Part shown: in pieces, positions 12,453-22,657 of the stretch
Position numbering within the stretch: position 1 is the stretch's first letter
How the letters are laid out: each line of letters starts with the position of its first letter
Assembly (NCBI RefSeq): GCF_050920415.1
Contig: NZ_CP169309.1
Length of the DNA stretch: 64,000 nt
DNA from: Escherichia coli
GTDB taxonomy: Bacteria > Pseudomonadota > Gammaproteobacteria > Enterobacterales > Enterobacteriaceae
Reading direction: 5' to 3' (one strand)
The notes under the pieces: model-generated
The model's input: the letters and a program-made list of their open reading frames with translations, nothing else
The model's database searches: none
Told to the model about the DNA's origin: nothing
Program-made: the position numbers and the translations under genes

Positions 12453-13616
12453 GTGGAACAGATTAATTCAAATAAAAAACATTCTGACAGAAGAAAATAT
12501 TTTGCTTTATTAGCAGTGGTTTTATTTATTGCGTTTTCAGGAGCCTATGCCTATTGGTCACTGGAATTAGAAGACATGATTAGTACAGATGACGCCTATG
12601 TTACGGGGAATGCTGATCCAATTTCTGCACAAGTCTCAGGCAGTGTCACTGTCGTTAATCATAAAGATACGAACTTTGTTCGACAGGGTGACATTTTAGT
12701 TTCACTGGATAAAACTGATGCTACGATTGCACTCAATAAAGCTAAAAATAATCTGGCAAATATTGTGCGACAAACGAATAAACTATACTTACAGGATAAA
12801 CAATACAGTGCCGAAGTCGCTTCAGCACGTATCCAGTATCAACAATCTTTAGAAGATTATAATCGTCGTGTGCCGCTAGCAAAGCAGGGGGTTATTTCAA
12901 AAGAAACGCTGGAGCACACCAAAGATACGTTAATAAGTAGCAAAGCGGCATTGAATGCAGCTATTCAGGCTTATAAAGCGAACAAAGCCTTAGTAATGAA
13001 CACACCATTAAATCGCCAGCCACAAGTTGTTGAAGCTGCGGATGCAACCAAAGAAGCCTGGTTAGCGCTTAAGCGTACGGATATTAAGAGTCCGGTTACT
13101 GGTTATATTGCCCAGCGAAGTGTGCAGGTTGGCGAAACAGTGAGTCCTGGACAATCGTTAATGGCTGTCGTACCGGCACGTCAAATGTGGGTTAATGCCA
13201 ACTTTAAAGAAACACAACTCACGGATGTACGGATTGGTCAATCGGTTAATATAATCAGCGATCTTTATGGTGAAAATGTTGTGTTTCATGGTCGGGTGAC
13301 AGGGATCAATATGGGAACCGGCAATGCGTTCTCCTTATTACCTGCACAAAATGCGACAGGGAACTGGATCAAAATCGTTCAGCGTGTACCGGTTGAGGTG
13401 TCTCTGGATCCAAAAGAACTCATGGAACATCCCTTGCGCATTGGTTTATCGATGACTGCAACCATTGATACCAGGAACGAAGACATTGCCGATATGCCTG
13501 ATCTGGCTTCATCCGTGACGTCAATGCCTGCTTACACCAGTAAGGCCTTAGTTATCGATACCAGTCCGATAGAAAAAGAGATTAACAACATTATTTCTCA
13601 TAATGGACAACTTTAA
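12453..13616 (+). CDS. emrK: multidrug efflux membrane-fusion protein EmrK
   Basis: 387 aa EmrA-family MFP; recognised EmrK. Confidence 0.85.
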   Translation: MEQINSNKKHSDRRKYFALLAVVLFIAFSGAYAYWSLELEDMISTDDAYVTGNADPISAQVSGSVTVVNHKDTNFVRQGDILVSLDKTDATIALNKAKNNLANIVRQTNKLYLQDKQYSAEVASARIQYQQSLEDYNRRVPLAKQGVISKETLEHTKDTLISSKAALNAAIQAYKANKALVMNTPLNRQPQVVEAADATKEAWLALKRTDIKSPVTGYIAQRSVQVGETVSPGQSLMAVVPARQMWVNANFKETQLTDVRIGQSVNIISDLYGENVVFHGRVTGINMGTGNAFSLLPAQNATGNWIKIVQRVPVEVSLDPKELMEHPLRIGLSMTATIDTRNEDIADMPDLASSVTSMPAYTSKALVIDTSPIEKEINNIISHNGQL

Positions 13617-15154
13617 TGGCAATCACTAAATCAACTCCGGCACCATTAACCGGTGGGACGTTATGGTGCGTCACTATTGCATTGTCATTAGCGACGTTTA
13701 TGCAAATGTTGGACTCCACTATTTCTAACGTCGCAATACCCACAATATCTGGCTTTCTCGGAGCATCAACGGACGAAGGCACATGGGTTATCACATCGTT
13801 TGGCGTAGCAAATGCCATTGCGATCCCTGTTACCGGCAGGCTGGCACAAAGAATAGGCGAATTAAGGTTATTTTTACTATCAGTAACCTTCTTTTCGCTG
13901 TCTTCATTAATGTGTAGTCTTTCGACTAATCTTGATGTTCTTATATTTTTTAGAGTCGTCCAGGGATTAATGGCGGGGCCGTTAATTCCATTGTCACAGA
14001 GTTTATTATTAAGGAATTATCCGCCAGAAAAAAGAACATTTGCTTTGGCGTTATGGTCAATGACCGTAATTATCGCTCCGATTTGTGGGCCGATATTGGG
14101 TGGCTATATTTGTGATAACTTTAGTTGGGGATGGATATTTTTAATCAATGTCCCTATGGGGATTATCGTCCTGACATTATGTTTAACTTTACTTAAAGGA
14201 AGAGAAACTGAAACTTCACCGGTCAAAATGAATTTACCAGGGTTGACCCTGTTAGTGCTCGGTGTTGGTGGCTTGCAAATTATGCTTGATAAAGGGCGCG
14301 ATCTGGATTGGTTTAACTCGAGTACAATCATAATATTAACAATAGTGTCAATTATTTCTCTGATCTCTTTAGTCATTTGGGAGTCGACCTCAGAGAACCC
14401 AATTCTTGACCTCAGTTTATTCAAGTCGCGTAATTTCACCATTGGTATTGTGTGTATCACATGCGCATATTTATTTTACTCTGGGGCGATTGTACTTATG
14501 CCGCAGTTGCTGCAGGAAACTATGGGGTATAATGCGATATGGGCCGGGCTTGCCTATGCGCCAATCGGCATAATGCCACTATTAATATCGCCTTTAATAG
14601 GACGTTATGGCAACAAAATTGATATGCGTGCATTGGTTACATTTAGTTTTTTGATGTATGCGGTTTGCTATTACTGGCGTTCTGTGACATTTATGCCAAC
14701 GATTGATTTCACAGGCATCATTTTGCCACAGTTTTTCCAGGGATTCGCCGTTGCCTGTTTCTTTTTACCCTTAACAACGATTTCGTTTTCAGGGTTGCCA
14801 GATAATAAATTTGCCAATGCCTCGAGTATGAGTAATTTTTTTCGTACCCTGTCAGGATCAGTTGGTACGTCGTTGACAATGACGTTGTGGGGACGACGCG
14901 AATCGTTACACCATAGTCAGTTGACAGCAACCATCGATCAATTTAACCCCGTGTTTAATTCATCATCACAAATTATGGATAAATACTATGGTTCGCTTTC
15001 AGGGGTTCTTAATGAAATTAATAATGAAATAACTCAGCAGTCACTTTCAATTTCTGCAAATGAGATTTTCCGTATGGCGGCTATTGCTTTTATCTTACTT
15101 ACGGTATTGGTTTGGTTTGCGAAACCGCCGTTTACAGCGAAAGGTGTTGGGTGA
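13616..15154 (+). CDS. emrY: MFS multidrug efflux pump EmrY
   Basis: 512 aa 14-TMS MFS; recognised EmrY. Confidence 0.85.
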   Translation: MAITKSTPAPLTGGTLWCVTIALSLATFMQMLDSTISNVAIPTISGFLGASTDEGTWVITSFGVANAIAIPVTGRLAQRIGELRLFLLSVTFFSLSSLMCSLSTNLDVLIFFRVVQGLMAGPLIPLSQSLLLRNYPPEKRTFALALWSMTVIIAPICGPILGGYICDNFSWGWIFLINVPMGIIVLTLCLTLLKGRETETSPVKMNLPGLTLLVLGVGGLQIMLDKGRDLDWFNSSTIIILTIVSIISLISLVIWESTSENPILDLSLFKSRNFTIGIVCITCAYLFYSGAIVLMPQLLQETMGYNAIWAGLAYAPIGIMPLLISPLIGRYGNKIDMRALVTFSFLMYAVCYYWRSVTFMPTIDFTGIILPQFFQGFAVACFFLPLTTISFSGLPDNKFANASSMSNFFRTLSGSVGTSLTMTLWGRRESLHHSQLTATIDQFNPVFNSSSQIMDKYYGSLSGVLNEINNEITQQSLSISANEIFRMAAIAFILLTVLVWFAKPPFTAKGVG

Positions 15155-15262
15155 TGGTAAAAAGAGAGAGCTATAGCAGGTAAGACGGTAGAATCTTAAG
15201 CCTGCGCCATCGGCAGCATCGTTCACCCAGGGAAAGGATGGTGATGCTGCGTTGAAACGTTA

Positions 15263-16591
15263 TTAACGGCCTTTAGCCAGATATTGCTTCATCTCTTCTT
15301 CCGGCACCATTCCACCTCCTGTCGCCCACACCAGATGAGTGGCATTACGCAGTTGTTCTGTGCTGAAACCTTGCATCTGTTGGTAACTTACTGATGCGCA
15401 CACGCGCTGAGGCCCAGCCATACCCGCCAGTGCTGAAGGTTCAAGACGAATGTCTTCTTCCTGCGCCAGCCAGCCAAGCATGTCATACATGGTTTGATCG
15501 CTAAGGGTATAGAAGCCATCCAGCAGACGCTCCATTGCTCGCCCGACAAAGCCTGATGCGCGACCAACAGCAAGGCCATCCGCTGCGGTAAGGTTGTCGA
15601 TACCAATATCCTGAACAGAAATCTGATTGTGTAGTCCGGTATGGACGCCTAACAGCATACAAGGAGAGTGCGTGGGTTCGGCAAAAAAGCAGTGAACATG
15701 ATCGCCAAATGCCAGTTTAAGACCGAATGCGACGCCACCAGGACCACCGCCAACGCCACACGGCAGATAGACAAACAGAGGGTTACCAGCATCGACGATA
15801 CGACCTTGCTGGGCAAATTGCGCTTTAAGACGCTGGCCTGCGACGGAATACCCAAGGAACAACGTGCGGGAATTCTCGTCATCAATAAAGAAACAGTTCG
15901 GGTCAGACTGCGCTGCTTTACGTCCTTCCTCGACGGCAACCCCATAATCTTGCTCATATTCCACGACCGTAACGCCATGGCTGCGCAGTTTCGCTTTTTT
16001 CCATGCCCGGGCATCAGCAGACATATGTACTGTCACCTTAAAGCCAATGCGGGCGCTCATAATACCGATTGATAACCCCAGATTTCCGGTTGAGCCCACA
16101 GCAATGCTGTATTGGCTAAAGAACTGCTTAAACTCCGGAGAAAGCAGTTTGCTGTAGTCATCTTCAAGCGTCAGCAACCCTGCTTCCAGAGCCAGTTTTT
16201 CTGCATGTGCCAGGGCTTCATAAATCCCGCCGCGTGCTTTTATGGAGCCGGAAATAGGCAAATGGCTATCTTTTTTCAGTAACAGTTGCCCGCTGATCGG
16301 TTGCTGATATTCCTTTTCCAGCCGTTTTTGCATAGCCGGAATGGCAACCAGTTCTGATTCAATAATCCCTCCAGAGGCAGCCGTTTCAGGAAATGCTTTT
16401 GCCAGATAGGGGGCAAAACGAGATAAGCGCGCATGGGCGTCTTGAACATCCTGTTCGGTCAGGCCAACATAAGGTAAACCTTCAGCCAATGAGGTCGTGC
16501 CAGGATTGAACCAGGTGGTTTCTTTAAGAGCAACCAGATCCTTTACCAACGGATACTGGGCGATGAGCGAGTTCATTTTAGCGTTTTCCAT
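15263..16591 (-). CDS. dsdA: D-serine dehydratase (PLP-dependent)
   Basis: 442 aa; recognised DsdA. Confidence 0.9.
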   Translation of the reverse strand: MENAKMNSLIAQYPLVKDLVALKETTWFNPGTTSLAEGLPYVGLTEQDVQDAHARLSRFAPYLAKAFPETAASGGIIESELVAIPAMQKRLEKEYQQPISGQLLLKKDSHLPISGSIKARGGIYEALAHAEKLALEAGLLTLEDDYSKLLSPEFKQFFSQYSIAVGSTGNLGLSIGIMSARIGFKVTVHMSADARAWKKAKLRSHGVTVVEYEQDYGVAVEEGRKAAQSDPNCFFIDDENSRTLFLGYSVAGQRLKAQFAQQGRIVDAGNPLFVYLPCGVGGGPGGVAFGLKLAFGDHVHCFFAEPTHSPCMLLGVHTGLHNQISVQDIGIDNLTAADGLAVGRASGFVGRAMERLLDGFYTLSDQTMYDMLGWLAQEEDIRLEPSALAGMAGPQRVCASVSYQQMQGFSTEQLRNATHLVWATGGGMVPEEEMKQYLAKGR

Positions 16592-16606
16592 AGTACGTCT
16601 CTTTGC

Positions 16607-16795
16607 GCTTAGATGATAAATGACAGCAGGAATGTGCCCGCCAGAGCGACGACTGAAGCGATAAATGTCGCTGTCGTATAGTATTTATATGTTTCACTGA
16701 GCGTAGCGCCGCAAAATTGTTTCATCAGCCAGAAAAACGAGTCCGTAACGATCGTGCAGCCAATCGCAATAATTTCCGGGCTGATGTCTGGTTAC
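16607..16795 (-). pseudogene. dsdX: 3'-terminal remnant of D-serine permease dsdX (last ~57 codons; 5' part deleted)
   Basis: Reverse strand reads [56 protein letters not shown]-stop, a GntP-family C-terminus; reading frame hits a stop just upstream, so no intact gene. Confidence 0.7.
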
Positions 16796-17047
16796 AGCCA
16801 CAGCACAATGATCCATATTTATATTTTTTCTCCGGGTGGGTGATGCCAGTCGGCATGTTTTACCTACTTGTCTGCATGGTGACTCGTTGGCGAGAACAGA
16901 GGCGGAATTGGTTACAATTGTCCGGGAATTCTTGTTATTTTTTACTGTATTGTCGTGTCGGGTGATAGGACGTTAAGAATATCGCTGGATCTCGCCAGTG
17001 ACGTCTGTTTCTGCTACAGTGCCCGTTTTACGGCAAACGGCTTGGGT

Positions 17048-18043
17048 ATGGCTTCATTAAAGGATGTCGCACGCCTGGCGGGAGTGTCGATGATGACTGT
17101 CTCCCGGGTGATGCATAATGCAGAATCTGTGCGTCCTGCAACGCGTGACCGCGTATTGCAGGCAATCCAAACCCTGAATTATGTTCCTGATCTTTCCGCT
17201 CGTAAGATGCGCGCTCAGGGACGTAAGCCGTCGACTCTCGCCGTGCTGGCGCAGGATACTGCTACCACTCCTTTCTCTGTTGATATTCTGCTTGCCATTG
17301 AACAAACCGCCAGCGAGTTTGGCTGGAATAGTTTTTTAATCAATATTTTTTCTGAAGATGACGCTGCCCGCGCGGCACGTCAGCTGCTTGCCCTCCGTCC
17401 GGATGGCATTATCTATACTACAATGGGACTGAGGCATATCACGCTGCCTGAGTCTCTGCATGGTGAAAATATTGTATTGGCGAACTGTGTGGCGGATGAC
17501 CCAGCGTTACCCAGTTATATCCCTGATGATTACACTGCCCAATATGAAGCAACACAGCATTTGCTCGCGGCGGGCTATCGTCAACCGTTATGCTTCTGGC
17601 TACCGGAAGGTGCGTTGGCAACAGGGTATCGTCGGCAGGGATTTGAGCAGGCCTGGCGTGATGCTGGACGAGATCTGGCTGAGGTGAAACAATTTCACAT
17701 GGCCATAGGTGATGATCACTACACCGATCTCGCAAGTATACTCAATGCCCACTTCCAGTCTGGAAAACCAGATTTTGATGTTCTGATTTGTGGTAACGAT
17801 CGCGCAGCCTTTGTGGCTTATCAGGTTCTTCTGGCGAAGGGGGTACGTATCCCGCAGGATGTCGCCGTAATGGGCTTTGATAATCTGGTTGGCGTCGGGC
17901 ATCTGTTTTTACCGCCGCTGACCACAATTCAGCTTCCACATGACATTATCGGGCGGGAAGCTGCATTGCATATTATTGAAGGTCGTGAAGGGGGAAGGGT
18001 AACGCAGATCCCTTGCCCGCTGTTGCTCCGTTGTTCCACCTGA
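17048..18043 (+). CDS. cscR: LacI-family sucrose operon repressor CscR (start chosen at MASLKDVA)
   Basis: N-terminal LacI HTH plus periplasmic-binding-like domain. Confidence 0.8.
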   Translation: MASLKDVARLAGVSMMTVSRVMHNAESVRPATRDRVLQAIQTLNYVPDLSARKMRAQGRKPSTLAVLAQDTATTPFSVDILLAIEQTASEFGWNSFLINIFSEDDAARAARQLLALRPDGIIYTTMGLRHITLPESLHGENIVLANCVADDPALPSYIPDDYTAQYEATQHLLAAGYRQPLCFWLPEGALATGYRRQGFEQAWRDAGRDLAEVKQFHMAIGDDHYTDLASILNAHFQSGKPDFDVLICGNDRAAFVAYQVLLAKGVRIPQDVAVMGFDNLVGVGHLFLPPLTTIQLPHDIIGREAALHIIEGREGGRVTQIPCPLLLRCST

Positions 18044-18050
18044 TATTATG

Positions 18051-19493
18051 TTACCCCAGTTGCCAGAGTGCTCCATGTTGCAGCACGGCCACTCCGTGGG
18101 CGGCATAGAGCGACAGTTCCCGTTCTTCTGGCTGCGGATAGATTCGGCTACTCATCACAGCTTCCCCGTCGTTAATAAATACTTCCACGGATGATGTATC
18201 GATAAATATCCTTAGGGCGAGCGTGTCACGCTGCGGGAGGGGAATACTACGGTAACCATCTAAATTCTCGTGTGGGTAATACCGCCACAAAACAAGTCGC
18301 TCAGATTGGTTATCAATATACAGCCGCATTCCCGTGCCGAGCTGTAATCCGTAATGTTCGGCATCGCTGTTCTTCAGAGCCCAGTGCAACTGAATCTCAA
18401 CCGCTTGCGCGTTTTCCTGCAAAACATATTTGTTGCTGATTGTGTGGGGAGAGATTGATTGATGCTGCTGGCGTAACGACTCAGCTTCGTGTACCGGGCG
18501 TTGTAGGAGTTTGCCATTGCTCTCTGAAAGCTCGCGCGCCAGCGTCATGCAGCCTGCCCAGCCTTCACGTTTTGAGGGCATTGGCGATTCCCACATATCC
18601 ATCCAGCCGATAACAATACGCCGACCATCCTTCGCTAAAAAGCTTTGTGGTGCATAAAAGTCATGCCCATTATCAAGTTCAGTAAAATGCCCGGATTGTG
18701 CAAAAAGTCGTCCTGGCGACCATATTCCGGGTATTACACCACTTTGAAAGCGATTTCGATAATTGTATCCCTCGGCATTCATTCCCTGCGGGGAAAACAT
18801 CAGATAATGTTGATCGCCAAGGCTGAAAAAGTCCGGACATTCCCACATATAGCTTTCACCCGCATCAGCGTGGGCCAGTACGCGATCGAAAGTCCATTCA
18901 CGCAATGAACTGCCGCGATAAAGCAGGATCTGTCCCGTGTTGCCTGGGTCTTTCGCCCCGACTACCATCCACCAGGTGTCGGCTTCACGCCACACTTTAG
19001 GATCGCGGAAGTGCATGATTCCTTCTGGTGGAGTGAGGATCACACCTTGTTTCTCGAAATGAATACCATCCCGGCTGGTAGCCAGACATTGTACTTCACG
19101 AATTGCATCGTCATTACCTGCACCATCGAGCCAGACGTGGCCGGTGTAGATAAGTGAGAGGACACCATTGTCATCAACAGCACTACCTGAAAAACACCCG
19201 TCTTTGTCATTCTCGTCTCCTGGCGCTAGCGCAATAGGCTCGTGCTGCCAGTGGATCATATCGTCGCTGGTGGCATGTCCCCAGTGCATTGGCCCCCAGT
19301 GTTCGCTCATCGGGTGATGCTGATAAAACGCGTGATAACGATTGTTAAACCAGATCAGGCCGTTTGGATCGTTCATCCACCCGGCTGGAGGCGCGAGGTG
19401 AAAATGGGGATAAAAAGTATTCCCCCGGCGCTCGTGAAGTTTTGCTAGTGCGTTTTGCGCCGCATGCAATCGAGATTGCGTCATTTTAATCAT
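18051..19493 (-). CDS. cscA: sucrose-6-phosphate hydrolase / invertase CscA (GH32)
   Basis: GH32 motifs WMNDPNG, FRDP, WECPD. Confidence 0.85.
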   Translation of the reverse strand: MIKMTQSRLHAAQNALAKLHERRGNTFYPHFHLAPPAGWMNDPNGLIWFNNRYHAFYQHHPMSEHWGPMHWGHATSDDMIHWQHEPIALAPGDENDKDGCFSGSAVDDNGVLSLIYTGHVWLDGAGNDDAIREVQCLATSRDGIHFEKQGVILTPPEGIMHFRDPKVWREADTWWMVVGAKDPGNTGQILLYRGSSLREWTFDRVLAHADAGESYMWECPDFFSLGDQHYLMFSPQGMNAEGYNYRNRFQSGVIPGIWSPGRLFAQSGHFTELDNGHDFYAPQSFLAKDGRRIVIGWMDMWESPMPSKREGWAGCMTLARELSESNGKLLQRPVHEAESLRQQHQSISPHTISNKYVLQENAQAVEIQLHWALKNSDAEHYGLQLGTGMRLYIDNQSERLVLWRYYPHENLDGYRSIPLPQRDTLALRIFIDTSSVEVFINDGEAVMSSRIYPQPEERELSLYAAHGVAVLQHGALWQLG

Positions 19494-19518
19494 CCTGGTT
19501 AAGCAAATTTGGTGAATT

Positions 19519-19530
19519 GTTAACGTTAAC
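19519..19530. promoter_or_regulatory. perfect 12-bp palindrome GTTAACGTTAAC, candidate CscR operator 1
   Basis: Palindrome in cscA-cscK divergent intergenic region. Confidence 0.5.
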
Positions 19531-19563
19531 TTTTATAAAAATAAAGCCCCTTATCTTTATAAA

Positions 19564-19579
19564 TGTGATTAATATCACA
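19564..19579. promoter_or_regulatory. candidate CRP site TGTGA-N6-TCACA
   Basis: Perfect match to CRP consensus half-sites. Confidence 0.5.
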
Positions 19580-19582
19580 AAT

Positions 19583-19594
19583 GTTAACGTTAAC
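19583..19594. promoter_or_regulatory. second copy of GTTAACGTTAAC palindrome, candidate CscR operator 2
   Basis: Identical palindrome 64 bp from the first. Confidence 0.5.
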
Positions 19595-19699
19595 TATGAC
19601 GTTTTGTGATCGAATGTGCATGTTTTAGTAAATCCATGACGATTTTGCGAAAAAGAGGTTTATCACTATGCGTAAGTCAGATGAATTTGAGGGAAAAAA

Positions 19700-20614
19700 A
19701 TGTCAGCCAAAGTATGGGTTTTAGGGGATGCGGTTGTCGATCTCTTGCCTGAATCAGACGGGCGCCTACTGCCTTGTCCTGGCGGCGCGCCAGCTAACGT
19801 TGCGGTGGGAATCGCCAGATTAGGCGGAATAAGTGGGTTTATAGGCCGGGTGGGTGATGATCCTTTTGGCGCGTTAATGCAAAGAACGCTGCTAACGGAG
19901 GGAGTCGATATCACGTATCTGAAGCAGGATGAATGGCACCGAACATCCACGGTGCTTGTCGATCTGAACGATCAGGGGGAACGTTCATTTACGTTTATGG
20001 TCCGCCCTGGTGCCGATCTTTTTTTAGAGACGACTGACTTGCCCTTCTGGCGACATGGCGAATGGTTACATCTCTGTTCTATTGCGTTGTCTGCTGAACC
20101 TTCGCGTACCAGCGCATTTACTGCGATGACGGCGATCCGGCATGCCGGAGGTTTTGTCAGCTTCGATCCCAATATTCGTGAAGATCTGTGGCAAGACGAG
20201 CATTTGCTCCGCTTGTGTTTGCGACAGGCGCTACAACTGGCGGATGTCGTCAAGCTCTCGGAAGAAGAATGGCGACTTATCAGCGGAAAAACACAGAACG
20301 ATCGGGATATATGTGCTCTGGCAAAAGAGTATGAGATCGCCATGCTGTTGGTGACTAAAGGTGCAGAAGGGGTGGTGGTCTGTTATCGAGGACAAGTTCA
20401 CCATTTTGCTGGAATGTCTGTGAATTGTGTCGATAGCACGGGGGCGGGAGATGCGTTCGTTGCCGGGTTACTCACAGGTCTTTCCTCTACGGGATTAGAG
20501 ACCGATGAGAGAGAAATGCGACGAATTATCGATCTCGCTCAACGTTGTGGAGCGCTTGCAGTAACGGCGAAAGGGGCAATGACAGCGCTGCCATGTCGAC
20601 AAGATCTGGAATAG
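19700..20614 (+). CDS. cscK: fructokinase CscK (PfkB family)
   Basis: PfkB motifs GGAPANVA and DSTGAGDAF. Confidence 0.85.
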   Translation: MSAKVWVLGDAVVDLLPESDGRLLPCPGGAPANVAVGIARLGGISGFIGRVGDDPFGALMQRTLLTEGVDITYLKQDEWHRTSTVLVDLNDQGERSFTFMVRPGADLFLETTDLPFWRHGEWLHLCSIALSAEPSRTSAFTAMTAIRHAGGFVSFDPNIREDLWQDEHLLRLCLRQALQLADVVKLSEEEWRLISGKTQNDRDICALAKEYEIAMLLVTKGAEGVVVCYRGQVHHFAGMSVNCVDSTGAGDAFVAGLLTGLSSTGLETDEREMRRIIDLAQRCGALAVTAKGAMTALPCRQDLE

Positions 20615-20685
20615 TGAGAAATAAACGGCGAGGCCGTTCTTGTCTCTGAATAGGACGTGAATATTTTAACGACAGGCAGGTAATT

Positions 20686-21933
20686 ATGGCACTGAATATA
20701 CCATTCAGAAATGTGTACTATCGTTTTGCATCCAGTTACTCATTTCTCTTTTTTATTTCCTGGTCGCTGTGGTGGTCGTTATACGCTATTTGGCTGAAAG
20801 GACATCTAGGGTTGACTGGGACGGAATTAGGTACACTTTATTCGGTCAACCAGTTTACCAGTATTCTATTTATGATGGTCTACGGCATCGTCCAGGATAA
20901 ACTCGGTCTGAAGAAACCGCTTATCTGGTGTATGAGTTTCATCCTGGTCTTGACCGGACCGTTTATGATTTACGTTTATGAACCGTTACTGCAAAGCAAT
21001 TTTTCTGTAGGTCTAATTTTGGGGGCGCTCTTTTTTGGCTTGGGGTATCTGGCGGGCTGCGGTCTGCTTGATAGCTTCACCGAAAAAATGGCACGAAATT
21101 TTCATTTCGAATATGGAACAGCGCGCGCCTGGGGATCTTTTGGCTATGCGATTGGCGCGTTCTTTGCTGGCATATTTTTCAGTATCAGTCCCCATATCAA
21201 CTTCTGGTTGGTTTCGCTATTTGGCGCTGTATTTATGATGATCAACATGCGTTTTAAATATCAGGATCAGCAGTGCGTAGCGGCAGATGCGGGAGGGGTA
21301 AAAAAAGAGGATTTTATTGCAGTTTTCAAGGACCGAAACTTCTGGATTTTCGTCATATTTATTGTGGGGACGTGGTCTTTCTATAACATTTTTGATCAAC
21401 AGCTCTTTCCTGTTTTTTATGCAGGTTTATTCGAATCACACGATGTAGGAACGCGCCTGTATGGTTATCTCAACTCATTCCAGGTTGTACTCGAAGCGCT
21501 GTGCATGGCCATTATTCCTTTCTTTGTTAATCGGGTAGGGCCAAAAAATGCATTACTTATCGGTGTTGTGATTATGGCGTTGCGTATTCTTTCCTGCGCA
21601 CTGTTCGTTAATCCCTGGATTATTTCATTAGTGAAGCTTTTACATGCCATTGAGGTTCCACTGTGTGTCATTTCCGTCTTCAAATACAGCGTGGCAAACT
21701 TTGATAAACGCCTGTCGTCGACGATCTTTCTGATTGGTTTTCAAATTGCCAGTTCGTTGGGGATTGTGTTGCTTTCAACGCCGACTGGAATACTTTTTGA
21801 CCATGCAGGTTACCAGACGGTTTTCTTCGTAATTTCGGGTATTGTCTGCCTGATGTTGTTATTTGGCATTTTCTTCCTGAGTAAAAAACGTGAGCAAATG
21901 GTGATGGAAACGCCTGTACCTTCTGCAATATAG
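20686..21933 (+). CDS. cscB: sucrose:H+ symporter CscB (MFS, LacY-like)
   Basis: 415 aa 12-TMS MFS permease. Confidence 0.85.
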   Translation: MALNIPFRNVYYRFASSYSFLFFISWSLWWSLYAIWLKGHLGLTGTELGTLYSVNQFTSILFMMVYGIVQDKLGLKKPLIWCMSFILVLTGPFMIYVYEPLLQSNFSVGLILGALFFGLGYLAGCGLLDSFTEKMARNFHFEYGTARAWGSFGYAIGAFFAGIFFSISPHINFWLVSLFGAVFMMINMRFKYQDQQCVAADAGGVKKEDFIAVFKDRNFWIFVIFIVGTWSFYNIFDQQLFPVFYAGLFESHDVGTRLYGYLNSFQVVLEALCMAIIPFFVNRVGPKNALLIGVVIMALRILSCALFVNPWIISLVKLLHAIEVPLCVISVFKYSVANFDKRLSSTIFLIGFQIASSLGIVLLSTPTGILFDHAGYQTVFFVISGIVCLMLLFGIFFLSKKREQMVMETPVPSAI

Positions 21934-22363
21934 ACGTAAACTCTTTCCGGTTGTTGTCGATAGCTCTATATCCCTCAACCGGAAAATAATAATACCAAAA
22001 TGCTTAGCGCGGCTAATAATCGCCTAATCCAAACGCCTCATTCATGTTCTGGAACAGCCGCTCAAATGTACTCAGGATACGCGGTTCGCTGATTTCCAGG
22101 AAATTGTCGTAATTCAGCGACCTGTCCCGTGTATCACGGGCCTGCTAATCCATCAAGGAATGCATTGCGGAGTGAAGTATCGAGTCAAGCCAGATTTCGC
22201 GATCAGGATTCTGTGTGATGATTACATTGCCAGGCCCGGGGCTGTTTAGTCATCGCCGCACAGTGCTGAGATTTCAACCTGTTGCAGGGAAAATGAGTAG
22301 ATTTAGGGCAAGTGTGCTGCCAAACCCAACTTTTACGCGGGGAAGGTAGATTTCGTTGGAAGG

Positions 22364-22383
22364 ATAAATGGTGTCCCCTGCAG
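22364..22383. repeat. prophage att core, torI-proximal copy (ATAAATGGTGTCCCCTGCAG)
   Basis: Exact 20-bp direct repeat of 62521-62540, which covers the 3' end of argW. Confidence 0.8.
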
Positions 22384-22456
22384 ACATCTACTTGAAGCGA
22401 CAGGGGATTGATTGGAATGGTGTTTTTTAGATGTGAGAAATATTTTACCCGCTATT

Positions 22457-22657
22457 TTACCCATTGGCGCGGCTTAAGAGCTTATTTTTGAATTCACAAT
22501 GGTCACGATATAACCATCTTGCTCGCCCGTGGATAACTTTGGCTTTTGGCAGGTCGCCGGACTTAATCCGGTCATAGATGAAGGTTTTACCAAAGCCAGT
22601 ATCGGCCATGATGAATTTCAAATCAACCAGTGAATCAGGCTGTAGTTCGTGTTGCAT
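22457..22657 (-). CDS. torI: TorI-like excisionase / recombination directionality factor (AlpA-Xis family)
   Basis: 66 aa; recognised as KplE1 TorI; sits at prophage end opposite the integrase. Confidence 0.8.
   Translation of the reverse strand: MQHELQPDSLVDLKFIMADTGFGKTFIYDRIKSGDLPKAKVIHGRARWLYRDHCEFKNKLLSRANG

Larger units (their letters stand above)
16796..22363. other. sucrose-utilisation (csc) genomic island inserted between the dsdX remnant and the prophage att repeat
   Basis: cscR/cscA/cscK/cscB present where K-12 has dsdC-dsdX; boundaries approximate. Confidence 0.6.

Noticed and set aside
16717-16965. 82-aa forward ORF at the dsdX/csc junction
   Set aside because: Overlaps the dsdX remnant antisense and the cscR upstream region; no SD or homology.
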